From Mytilus edulis (taxonomy: Eukaryota), in contig NC_092352.1 of NCBI RefSeq assembly GCF_963676685.1, forward strand, positions 78,058,001-78,122,000: a stretch of 64,000 nucleotides of DNA, given 5' to 3'. A model generated the notes under the pieces. The model worked only from the letters and a program-made list of their open reading frames with translations. It was not told where the DNA came from and ran no database searches. This document shows positions 1 to 12,520 of this stretch, piece after piece (within the stretch, counting starts at the first letter, position 1; each line of letters begins with the position of its first letter). A program made the position numbers and the translations under genes.

Positions 1-1844
1 GCTTGGATATTGAAAGAATGAGGATGTATCACATGTACTTCCGCCAAAGATATCAACCAATGAGGTTATGCCAATGACAGAGGTTGATTAAACAATGAAA
101 AATTACACGTTGGACATGAAATATTTTGTCGATGAAGAAAATTAAATTATGTCACTTCTGAAATAAGTTTGTCGACAACGTAACTTATTCTGACGGTAAA
201 GAAACGCGAATTCGATCACTACTCTGTTACAAAGCTTGTTTTGACATTTAAATTCAGATGGAAGAAACTTGATCACAATTAAACATATTACGTGAGCCTA
301 CAAGTTGTATAAAATATGAATACAGTTTGGTCATAAAATTGATTCTTCACATACACCACCTGAGTTCCTACTAATTGTCTATAGTTAGATTCTTTATCTC
401 AACCTTAAATAGCCGTAAGACAGCATCTGCTCCAAATACAGTTTAATAATATATCGAATTATATCCTTTTTTCATTTAATATAATTCAATTAGAAATGTT
501 CAATACCGCATCAAAGTTCTAGTGTAATATTTAAGTGTAGATCTCTTTTTACGATTTTTTTTTTATTAAATTGTAACAGTACCTTAAAAGGTTATCAGTG
601 GGCATTAATCGAGAGTCTATCTTTACGACAGCCATGTGGATTGAGAAATGCCAACAATTGTTCATTTCCAAGGAAGTTCTTAGAGAAAATCCTTTGTTTT
701 ACTTAAAGATAACAATACGTTATTACGAAAGGATTTGTTTAGTATAGTGTCTATAACTCTAATAAACTGCTCGTATTTGGGGTGTGAGAAATTGCTAGTA
801 CATACGTCAAAATGTAGGGGAACAAAATACCATAAAATGCATGTGGAATCGAGAACGATAAATTTGTGTTTCACATGTATCTAATGTCCACTTATAATCA
901 CATTGCATGTAGAAATCATAATTTGAATTGGTTGACAACAATCGAGATGTACTACAATAGTTTATTTGTATTACTGTATAAATTAAAACGACTATGACAA
1001 TGTGAAAACAATGCAAATAAAATAAAACGAAACGCTATATATATCTCTTAATTTCAAAATGTTTAATTAAAGAAATAAATGTTAGCGTGTGCACAGCTTT
1101 TACTATAGGATTCCACTGACGCTTATTACACTCAAAAATATAAAAAAAAGATTATTTTCTTTGGTGTACATTTGTATATATTGGTTAATCAAGGTTGCTT
1201 TCGATATTTGAATTTACATGGGCTAGTCCTCTCCCTTGCAACATACGGGTATTTCAGGTACCATTGATAAACAGATACAGGATATGAAATCAGTATATGC
1301 TGTATCGTGAAGCCAATGTGTTTGCGTTTACCGGCTTATCATGCTTTGATACTGATTTTGATATAATCTTTTTATATGTTATCGTTGGATTATTTTCGAA
1401 AACATAACAGACAATTGACATTTACATTTTCGAAATCCTTGACATATGTTTTATTTGGTTGATAGGCTTTTAATGTAGCATCAAAGATCACAACATTTAT
1501 GTTCTGTTTGCTAAATCATATAAAAAAGTAAGTAAACATAAGTATAACGTTTGTACCAGTTTGCAACTGAAATCACATTTCAAAAGGGACGACAAACTCC
1601 TAAATAAAAAAGACAACACACAAACCACTATGAGCTCTTTGAAAATGCCTCCAGTGAGTACACATGTGTCCGGCCCATATATGTCCGTTCTAATTCAAAC
1701 TTCTACGTAACGCTACACCAAATATATGACATATCTTAATTTGAAAGTGGAGTATTGCGGCTCACGTACGTAACAGATATGGCATATGTGCCAAAGATAG
1801 GCGCCAGCGGTGGTGCTACAGAAGTGGTGAGTGGTTATTCTATT

Positions 1845-2425
1845 TTATTTATTTGTTTACATAAAACAAATACCTGCTATGGTGGTTTTGATTGGATCTA
1901 AAAATATAATTGGTTAAAAAATACAGAATAGATAAAAATGGCGAAAAAACCGTTTCAAGTCTTGATTATTTTTCTAACCAATTCATCTTAAATATTTTCT
2001 TTTGGAGACAGGTTTGTATCTATATTTCATTGACACACGTGTTTCACAAGAACATGCACCAAAGCATGCATTTGTTTTTATAATGTATCCTCATACTCGT
2101 ACATTTGTACAACAGATTTTGTATTTCTTAATTATTAGACTTTTATTATCTAGCAGAACATCGGGAAGATTGGACTTCATTCTTTAGTTTTTTCGCCATT
2201 TTTATCTATTCAGTATTTTCAAACCAATATTTTTTCTGTACTCAACATATTTGAACACCAATGTATATTCCTTTATGTGATTTAGCTCATTTTCCACTCT
2301 TTTTCTTCTTTATATTTTATTTGGGTCAATTACTAGTATATGTATTATCTATTCATGCTATTCTTTAAATCCAATTGAAATCACCATCCTAGCGGGTATT
2401 TGTTTTTTGTGTAAACATAAATCAA
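1845..2425. repeat. Foldback / MITE-like imperfect inverted repeat
   Basis: 1848-1902 (tgtttacataaaacaaatacctgctatggtggttttgattggatctaaa) is reverse-complementary to ~2365-2420, and ~1910-1950 (ttggttaaaaaatacagaatagataaaaatggcgaaaaaac) to ~2187-2228. Confidence 0.6.
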
Positions 2426-2640
2426 ATCAAATACTTTCATTAAATTCATTCGGTAGTTTAATATTTAGTTGTCACCAAGTTATTCTCTTTCATAAAAGAT
2501 ATAATGAAAACTGGAGTAGATGACAAGTATTCATTTTTGTCTGTAGAAATATCAATAATTATATTAAAATCCTGTTGATTAATAAGTCTGCTTTAACTTG
2601 TCAAGGGCGCATCGCCAAGTTCAATTAAAAGTAACATATG

Positions 2641-2961
2641 AATAAACTCATCATAGATACCAGGACTAAATTTTATATATACGCCAGACGCGCGTTTCGT
2701 CTACAAAAGACTCATCAATGACGTTCGAATCCAAAAAAGTTAAAAACAAAACCAAACAGCCAAATAAAGTACCAAGTCGAAGAGCATTGAGATCCAAACG
2801 TCCTAAAAGTGTTGCCAAATACAGATAAGGTAATCTATGCCTGAGGAAGAAAAGCCTTTGTTTTTAAAAAAATTCTAAATTTTATAAACAGTTAATTTAT
2901 AAATATAACAATATCAATGATATTTCATGTCAGCACAAAAAGTGATGACTACTGGGCTTGT
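2641..2961 (-). mobile_element. Short non-autonomous retroelement (retrozyme/PLE-derived) carrying a hammerhead ribozyme, copy 1
   Basis: Reverse complement aligns over ~300 bp with 59372-59670 and with the copies at 30427, 32942, 35022 and 44261. It contains the hammerhead motif at 2681-2724. Confidence 0.75.
2681..2724 (-). ncRNA. Minimal type I hammerhead ribozyme with mutated core (UUGAUGA)
   Basis: Minus strand reads acgtca-TTGATGA-gtct tttgt agac-GAAAC-gcgc-GTC-tggcgt; the first C of the CUGAUGA box is replaced by U. Confidence 0.7.
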
Positions 2962-3315
2962 AAGTAGAGTTTCCGTACACAAATCAAAGTTTTATGCAAC
3001 AAGTTACATATTACATTAGATATGTTCGAGCAAGCTATATATAATGTTATATTTATAAAAAGCCAAAGAAAAAATAAGGCGTTTATAATGTATTTATGAA
3101 TTAACTCCTTTTTGAGACAATATTGTTGATTGATTTTTTTTTTTTTTTTGGTTTTTTCTATGTAAACTTTACGATTTTTAGATCTTTTCTTGATCAATAT
3201 TCGTCAGAAACGCTGAAATATTTGAAAACCAAGGATTTAAAAGATCAATAGTTTTTGCTGAACAATAACGTTGAACATCTCAATCTAGCTTACTAAAACA
3301 TAGGTGCCTAGTCAT

Positions 3316-3479
3316 ATACACCTTATCGCTAATCCCGGCTGACCCGGCCGCTTTAACTTTTGACGTCAACAACAATCACTTTTCCATTGTGGCGTCAGAT
3401 ATTTTGTTTTATGACGTCAAAATTTTACGGGAACCTGTGTGATTTCCAGCAATGGCGGACAAATAGCGATAAGGTGTAT
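3316..3479. mobile_element. Small non-autonomous TIR element (MITE)
   Basis: Perfect 16-bp inverted termini atacaccttatcgcta (3316-3331) and tagcgataaggtgtat (3464-3479) around a GC-richer interior. Confidence 0.75.
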
Positions 3480-3539
3480 TTTGACACTGGATATAAAGTC
3501 CTAGAATACTCCAATTGATCATGTGAACGGATTACGTTG

Positions 3540-3735
3540 CAACTGCCATGCATGTGAGAGGTTTAGCTAGCAATAAAACCAAGATAAATGCAACATTTTC
3601 TACATTTGAAAAAGCCTGTACCAAGTCAGGATTATGATGTCTGATGTGTTTGAGATTTTGGTTTTGCCATTTGATTAGGGACTTTCCCTTTTCAATTTTC
3701 CTCAGAGTTCAGTATTTTTGTGATTTTTCGTTTTA
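3540..3735 (+). repeat. Dispersed repeat family R1 (gcctgtaccaagtcagga...gattttgccatttgattagggactttcc...ctcggagttcagtatttttgtg)
   Basis: Same sequence recurs at ~7505-7800, 26288-26525, 34828-34968 (+) and ~19740-19950 (and tandem copies), 35318-35670, 38347-38640, 58170-58465 (-). Probably a retroelement 3' end (inference). Confidence 0.7.
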
Positions 3736-6700
3736 CATATTCAGTGAATGACGCCATTTTGGGTCGATTGGTCAACACAAACAGTTCTTCCTCTTTACCC
3801 GAAAACTAATGTATACGTTGGGTCTGACATCCTTGCTTGTTAATTAACACGATCTGTGATGAATTAGACTCCCACTGCTTTCTTTAAATGTCCCAAGTAT
3901 GCAATTCGTCTTAGAAATGCTTACAAAGAAAATAGCTTGTAACATCCATCATCTCTTTAATTTTTCGTCAGATAGCAAAGTGTTGAACTTATAAAAACAC
4001 GAAAGGCAGCACATATGTCTGTAAATAATTATTTAGTATATTATGTAAACTTCATTCTTTTTTTTTTATTGTTTTTGTCATACCATATAAATGAAGCTGG
4101 ATTATCTATAATTGATTCGTTTTTTATGTGCAATTGTTTTTGTCATACCAGGTCATATTTTCAATAATTATTCAATAATGATACAATAAACAAATTGCGC
4201 AAGCTATCTTCAAATAAAATTATATATATTTTCATCTTTTGTATTTGTTTGTTCAATGTTCCTATTTCTTCGTAATGACAGATAATGTACCTGTTTAATC
4301 TTCAAACGGGAAATCAAAGCCAACAGATGAACTGATATTGCAAAAAGACAAAAAAAACGCCACAATAACTACGTGCAAATCTCGAGTCATAGCTTTGTTC
4401 AAAGAATGGTAAAAATTACTATCATGCTTGTTCGGCAATTGAGAGATAGATAAAAAAAAGTGTCAACTCAGAGTTAGTAGAATGACTTGCATGATACACA
4501 AATGCTGGATGAAGTGTTTCACCTTTTCACCATGCACGACATCGCTTATGCTATCAAGATGAACTCTTCCAACGTCTAAATCTTGAATATCTTAAATATG
4601 CATTCAAAAAGCTTGATGACGGTTAGAAACAAGTAATCAATAAAAAAAAAACCAAAGACATGCGCTTTTGATAATACAGCTAGGTTGTAAAGAATCTGTC
4701 TTGACTTACTTTATGTACTTAACTTTCAACTTCCATTAGTGTCCTACGTCAGAAAGGCGGCGAACGGAATCCTACTTTCTGAGTGTGTCTGCTTTTTGTT
4801 TTACTTATACCAATGTCCTCCATCTAACATTGTTCTATCTTTGTCGACCGACTACCATATTTCTTTGGTATGCCTCATTTGTTTCTCCTGTTGAAGTCCA
4901 CGTCAAGGTGAGTAGTCTATAGTTTCATGGGTTCATTTCCAGACTGTGACCTATCCAACTTCATCACCAAGTCTTAATAGTGTTGGTGATGATAACCTGA
5001 AAATGCTTTGCAAGTGTCTTGATTAGATAGAAACAACAACTGCAACTACCATTTCATTCATATTCTTTTTCAAGCCAAAAAGTGTTTTTTTACTTAGTAC
5101 ATGATTTTTATTCATTTTAACATATTCAATTATTAAAAGTTTAATGCTTCAAGACAATGAAATTAAATCTTCACTGAGTAATACCAGTAAACGAATTTTG
5201 ATATGTACAAAATAGATTTACCTTCATCAGGAACGCTCAAAGCCAAACATTTCAAATCGGAAGATGTATAAGTACCGAAAATCGTTGAATAGCTATTTGT
5301 TAACTTCATCTAAGAATTAAATCTTATTAAGTTGTCAATAATATGTTATTTGTTTTGAAGAATGTTGCTTTCGAAGCTTCTTTCTATATACCAAAGAAGA
5401 AAAAAAATGTCATCTTTCCCTTTATCTAAGTTACATTGAATCGGTGACTTTATCTTTAATATTTATACGTCAGTTTTAATTGACTTCTGGCTGACGGTTT
5501 CTACCGTATTCTATTTTGTAAATTGAAATTATATTTCAAATTTAATGGTGTCATCAACATTTATTGACTTTAATTTGAAAATCGTAAAGAAAATTAATCT
5601 AAGTCAATATGTCTGTCCTTTTTTGTAAAACCTAAAAAAACCATTTCACATTCTATTAATTTGATACTATTCCTGTATTGTAAAGACGTTTTAATGTTTT
5701 ATTATATACTCTTCAACTGCTAAATTGTAAAATACAAACAAATAATCGTATGCATCAAATACTAGAACAAATCTAAAAGTATTGAACCTTGGAGAACGAG
5801 AGCAAAAACATTAAATGTATAGGCAAAACGAATCGAACATATAATTTTGATTGACTCTGTTGCATTGATATCAGAATGATGTACTTACAAATTTTCAAAT
5901 TTACAACTCCAACACTTTCCAAAATTGATGTCTTGCCAGTACGAGTATGATCCCATTGGCAGTGTAACGTTCAGTTGTATATACAATTTGCATATAAGGA
6001 TGGAAACAAGTTGATTAGATAATAATGCTCATTTATAGACTATAAATGATACAATACAATATGAGGAAGACTATTTTTTGGCGGTCAATAGGTAATGGTT
6101 TTTAAAACTGATTTTTTTTTTTAAATCTGACCCTTTCTGGGTGAAATATATCATGCATGTAAGTAAAAAATAAAAATTACACCGATAGAAAATATGCATA
6201 AGTGGTACATTTGTACAAGCCTGTTAATTTAGTGACCATTTTGTCAAAGACCAAGGTCACTGCAAAAAAAAATGTTTTTCTAGAAATGATTTCCGAATGA
6301 CAACTTAATTTCTTTTTATGGTTTACTAATTCCACTTTATACATCTGAAATTGAAGAGAGCCATTCTATTTGGTAGTGTTATTTGGCAAGTGCCCCTAGA
6401 TCTGTCAGGTAAGCGGGGATTCAGTTGTATTGCCTGTCTCAATTATTAGCGTGTTTTATTGTTTCAATTTGTTAAGTAATGTGATAATGGTCAAATGTAA
6501 CACTCTTCCTTTTTTCGACAGTCTCACATATATATTCAAAAATGAAAGGAAGTGCAGCGTCTAGGCCATTACAAGATGTTTAGTCATACAACTTGAGATG
6601 TTTTCTCTCTAGATTTAGGGGAATATTATTATCAAAATATTTGACAATTGTTTTTGTTTGTGTAGTTTTTGTAACATTTGATCACAGTACTTGTAATTTA

Positions 6701-7504
6701 AGATTATGTCTTTCATATATTTCGTCTCGCTTTCGCTTTAAACAACGGTAATCTTATTCACAAGTATTGCGAACCTTATGTGGTTGAATATTAGAACGAA
6801 TGTACTATACTAATAGTGCCTGGAAAAATAAGATAAAACAAAATAAATAATAAATCAGTTTCATAATCGGCACTAGTAACGAATAATTACATTCAGCAGT
6901 CGTTGTTTATAATAAGTATGAGTTTTCCTGTAATAAACACCTGTTCGATAACCTTCACAACCAAATCGGGGCACATATGATGTCAGACGAGCTTAACTAA
7001 TTAACAGGAAGTTATGTTATGTAATACAGACTTCATAATGTACTTTAATAATGTCAATTATTCCAAATAATACTACAAATGTACATAATTATATACTTTA
7101 ACAATGACCACTATTAAAATCTAAACAATAGAAAGTCTTGACAGACTAGACCCAGAAATGTAGCCCTCCATTATTAATCAAACACACGAATTACTAATAA
7201 AGATATTAAAAAGACAATGTACGAGATAAGATAAATTCAAAACATCATGTACATCTGGAAATGTTCATACAAAATGTTGATAAGGTTGCAAAGTTTATGT
7301 TTTGCTTGTGTATATTGAAATAGAAAATAGTATGGGAATCTCAAACTTATAAGTCTGTTCGGTAGTTTGGTAACATAACTTTTTATTTTTAAACCTGTAT
7401 AACAACATTCCCCATGTAAATTTTAATCTATTTTTAACATTTTCTGACGTCAAAAACGCGAAGCCATGAATGTGGTTTGCGAATTTCATAAGAAGGTTTT
7501 TTTG

Positions 7505-7800
7505 TTAAATATGTGTTTGTTTTGAGATTGAAGACAGTGGTGACTGCTGTACCCATATTTTGACATTTTCACCTATTATGTCTGTTTTGGTCACGCATTG
7601 TTGTAAATATAACTGAATTTGATGAGACTATCATACAAGTGAGAGGTTTAGCGCTATAAAAATAGGTCCAATCCACCACTTTCTACATTTGAAAATGCCT
7701 GTACCAAGTCAGGAATATGACAGTTGATGTGTTTGATTTTGCCATTTGATAAGGAACTTTCCGTTTTGAATTTTCCTCGGTATTTTTGTGATTTTATGAA
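7505..7800 (+). repeat. R1 dispersed repeat shared by both arms of the inverted duplication
   Basis: The orthologous copy sits at ~58170-58465 in the right arm, so the insertion predates the duplication. Confidence 0.7.
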
Positions 7801-9799
7801 TATATTTTTGTGCGATAGTCTTATGTTTTCAAAAGCATTTTTCTGTTTTAGTTTCTTTAGACTTCAATTTTTATTGAATTTTCGGTATAACAAAGGATAC
7901 AAAAGAAAATACTTGACAACGTCATCCCCTTCCGCCCACTTTCTCGAATCCTGGTAATTCATGACAGTCCTAAAATTGTATGTATGGCTATGAAACTAAG
8001 CAGATGCAATATTAAACGTAGTGTATTAGCATTTGGGCACTAACACTTTGACAGATTTCTCAAAATGAAACAATGGTATTACAAAAAACATTAATTAAAT
8101 GCAGGACTTTGATTTAATAACTTGATTTCTCCCTTCTATTTCAGACACAAAAACAGAATGCTGAACTATTAATAACAAATGGAAATTGCACTTTTCTGTC
8201 GTATAACGGGTTTGTTGCATGTATAACTTCTATCGAAACAAACCAGTGCATATGATTGCCTAGCACCAACTATGGTATTGAAAGTGAAAGGAATAATTAA
8301 CGTAATTATGACAAAAAGAATTATGTTAACAACAAGGTTGACAATTATCCATGGTAACAGAATAACAGAAAATCGCGAGGCGCATGTGGTTTGGTGATCA
8401 TGCACATGACAAATGTTCTAACCTTGATTCCCTTAAAGGATGTGCATTTCTAGATTTCAAAATAAACGATATTTTCATTAATGAAATTTTCTTCAAAAAA
8501 CAATTTATATTGGTAGGTGAATAATTCTTTCTCTTTTATATAAATTGAAACAATACGCTTTTAATTAGATAAACAGATTAGAGAAAGGGGGTGCTAGAGT
8601 TTGAAAAGATGTTTAATTGTATGTATGTGAATAGATAAATACAAACTCTATAAAAAATATGAAAGAAAGAAAGAAAGAAAATAATCTCCAATAAAATTAC
8701 ATGACAGTGTGTATTATAAATGCAATTATTCATACAATTACACAGAGTGAAGACATTTCAGATTATAACAACACCGTTACATGGATCATAAGGCTTGTAG
8801 TTAATATGATATTTCAAGTGTTAGTGAGTTTTCAGGTTGTTTTTACATGCATGACATATATGATAGAGGATCTTCTAAAAATAAAGCTTCCAAACAAAGG
8901 TTAGTTAAAATCATCTATTCGAAAGTTAAGTTTACGGAGGACATCATGATTTGGACCCCCGAGTGAGAAATCCAAGTTCATGTTGAGCATCTAGTATAAA
9001 TAACCACTTTAAAACACATGAAGTCAACCCAAGATTTGGAAGGATACGTCAAGCTCGATCTTCAGTAAACTGGATCCCTGTTGTGTTTACTTATCGCTAC
9101 ACTGACCTTCGATGCGAATGAACGGCGGACCAGTTTAGATCAATAGTTATCTGAGTAGTATTTCGTGGATTGTTGTTTCTCTGCTCGTTTTTACAGCGGA
9201 TGACCTGGAGTCATTACGATGTTATGTTGCCGCAGACATTTCGTCTCACATGACTTGTGTTTTTGACTGATAACCGAATATAATTCGTATAATAACGCAG
9301 ATTTTATCGGGTGCAAAATGGCAATTATAATCGCCTGTGTATATGAACTCCATCAATAAATATTCATGAAGATGATTTAAAGAACACAGATAAACGATAT
9401 GAAAATGTTTTGTCGTGAGAAATAAATATTTATATATCAATAACAAATCATAAATATCGAATTTGTGTTAACGCATGCGGAAGAATATGTCGGGAACGTT
9501 TAGCTTCAAAACCGGGGAAAATATGAACTGAAATTCAATCTATTCGAAAAACGATTTATTACAGAAGAGTGTCAACCATGCACTTGTACTGCACTAACAT
9601 TTAATAGAAGAATAGAATGATATACAAATGAATGAAAATTTGCCTGTAGAGTTTATTAAAATAATCTGCTATTCGTATAACCGCTATGATATAGTCTACG
9701 ATATGATGTTGTTTCTGAGGCTAGTACTTGTGATCCACCAAAACTTGCGGTCATTCGATCTTCAGTTCTTCATCACTTTTTTGGTTTGTTTACTAAATG

Positions 9800-10580
9800 G
9801 TATTGTTTTTTGTTCTGGTTTTTAGTTATCTACATTGAGTGTTTGTCTTGTCCTTTGTTATTTGGTAGTGTTGTTTTTTTTTTTTTCGTCTTCTATATAT
9901 ACGTGTTTGTATGTGTTTGTTTATCTCTTTCGTATTCTATGAGTTGGAATTTGTCTGTTTTTCTCTCTCATGTTTTAAGTGTTGGTATTTATCTACTCGT
10001 GTTTTTCATTTTCTACGTGGTGGTATTTGTCGGTTCAACTTTCTCGTGTTTTTAAGTGTTGGTATTTGTCTGTTTTTGTTCTTCATTTTTTACGTGGTGG
10101 GAATTTTCTGTTTGTCTTTCTTTGTGTTGGCATTTGTCTGTTTTGTTTTTTGTTTTTTACGAGTTGATGATTGCCTGTTTGTTTTTTTCGTTTTCTACGT
10201 TGTGGTATTTGTCTGTTCGTCTTTATCAACGTTCTCGTGTTGATATTTTTCTGTTCGTGTTTTTCGTTTTTTACGTGTTGGTATTTGCCGATTCGTCTTT
10301 CTTGTTTTTTACGTGGTGGTGTTCGTCTTTTTCGTCTCTCTTTGACCTCTACATGGAACTGTTTGTCAGTTTGTCTTTTATTCTTTCTACATGATCGTTC
10401 TTGTCTGTTTGTCTTATCTATTCATGTTTTGTCTTTTGCATTTTATTGATGGTGTTGTGTTCTTTTTTTTTATTGTTGTTCTCTCACGTCTAGAAGTAGT
10501 TTGTTTGTTCCTGTTTTTCGGTGTCTTAGACTTTTGGTTTTGACTTTCAAACTATTTCAGTTTTACACGGTAAGGACAAC
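9800..10580. repeat. Decayed T/G-rich low-complexity minisatellite
   Basis: Recurrent ttttctacgtggtggtatttgtc-like motif at roughly 35-40 bp spacing and strong A depletion. The counterpart in the right arm (~53480-53690) is much shorter. Confidence 0.7.
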
Positions 10581-12269
10581 TTTTTTTTTTAATGGTATTG
10601 TTCATTCCGGTTTTTTTATCGGATCATTTGTGCTAAAATTTGAATTTAGATTGTATCATGATATAACTCAACAGTTTATTTTTTTACTTTTTCATGTGTT
10701 TTTGGATATTTAAAATGCCTAACATGTCTGATACCAAATCGAATTCTTGTATAACTGATACATATAATTGTGGTTATATTAGATTTAAAAGTTCAAAAGT
10801 TTCTTCATCAATGTGTCAAATAAAGACAGCTTAGTATTTTAAGAAGATAATTTGATTTTAGTCCCACGTGAACAATTATCAATTCCAGAGCAATAACGCG
10901 TAATTTCCATCCTGGTATTATAACATCCTGACAAGTGACTGACAGTCAATTCGGTTAAAATATCTTCCAACTCATGCGTGCTTGGAGTTTAATAAATTAA
11001 TTGCATATTCATTGTTAAAAATATCAGAGCAACGTCGTCTTTCTATTTGATTTCCGGTATCAAATACATTTTAAAACAAGTTATTTTTACCTGTTTGTTT
11101 GGTTTTATTAACACGCACGGATATAAGATTAAATGGTAATATTATTTTTTTAAAAAAGGTATTTTTTTTAAAATTAGTACAGCAATCATTTGAGAGTTCT
11201 TGGTGAGTCCTTAACATCGTCCCAGTGAAACATTTATTATTGAATTGGAAACTAAATAAAATCTTTTTCCATCTACTAGTATTAGCTGTCTTAATCTTTA
11301 ATTTATTCATCTTCGAATTATATATGGACCAACACTACTATTCATTTTGAACAAAATTCAATCACTCCAAGGCCAAATGAAATCATAATGTAGTAGAGTA
11401 GTATCATTGTCTTTAAACCGACAATTCAAAATACAAAATCTCACATGTAAATTTGACATACTGACTTCTGAGCGGACGTTGCCCCCTAAGATTGACAGTC
11501 AATAAGAGCATCATCGCCAACACTGTTGTAGTATAAACAAATAAGCATGTTTATTTGAAACTACCCTTCCGGAACACACGAGATCACCCCGGTGATTTGT
11601 AATAATAACCAATGATCATACATGCATTTCGACAACTAACGTCTCCGCAGTGTTTTTTGAGGCCAAACTAATAGAGTATTTGAATATCCAAAATCTAAAA
11701 CAAATGTTGAAGAGCGGATGATACCAAAAAGCTTTGTACGAAGGAGATACATTTCTTAATTAAAAAAAATGTATAACTGAAAGAATTGATCAAATGATAT
11801 CTTAATCTTTTAAGCTTGTGCTTCTCATTCTCAATCTTCAGTTTTCTTTGTTGTGTATTGCAAACTGTTGTTTGCTTCTTTGCCAAAGGACATTGTCAGT
11901 TCGTTTTCGATTAACGAGTTTTAATATCTTTTTACCGTCTCTTTGACTCGTCTCGAGTGTACTAAGTTTTGCGAATTTACAATATCAACCCAATTGAAAT
12001 ATCTTTTTGACTAACTTAAAACACTAGCAAACTCTCCAGAAGTTGAAAGATCACATTTTCAAATATTTGCTGACAACAAACGACACTTTCAAAGCAATTT
12101 AGCATTACTCCATGAACATGTAACTTTTATACGGTATGCATTGTATTTTACAATGAATATTTTACCGAAAAAAGAAAATGAAGAACGATTGCTAATGAGA
12201 CAATTCTAATTCAAGTCAAAATGTGTAAAAAGCAAACAATCATAAGTCAAAGTACGGCTTTTAACTAAA

Positions 12270-12520
12270 ACAAAAACGAGGAACGAGAAACACTTATGAA
12301 CCACATATTGGACCGTTTGTTGGAACCACAAATTAGACCGTTGGTTTTCCAGTTTGAATGGGTTTACACTTGTAATTTTGGGGCCCTTTATGGCTTGTTG
12401 TTCGGTGTTAGCCAAGGCCCCGTGTTGAGACCGTACCTTGATCAATACTGGTTTACTTTTATAAATTGTTATTTGGATGAAGAGTTGTATCATTTACACT
12501 CATACCACATCTTCCTATAC
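12270..12520 (+). repeat. Dispersed repeat family R2 (...gggccctttatagcttgttgttcggtgtgagccaagg...gagagttgtctcattggcactcataccacatcttcct)
   Basis: Homologous to 56682-56864 (+) and 62208-62385 (-), with shorter pieces at ~14215, 27290, 32880, 49660 and 51470. Confidence 0.7.

Noticed and set aside
8169-8405. ORF with an apparent paralog at 57461-57754
   Set aside because: The similarity is what the surrounding duplication predicts. Starts and ends differ and there is no known domain.
9786-10449. Five overlapping hydrophobic Phe/Val/Cys-rich ORFs resembling membrane proteins
   Set aside because: A-depleted low-complexity DNA lacks stop codons in all plus frames, and the ORFs are not conserved in the right arm.
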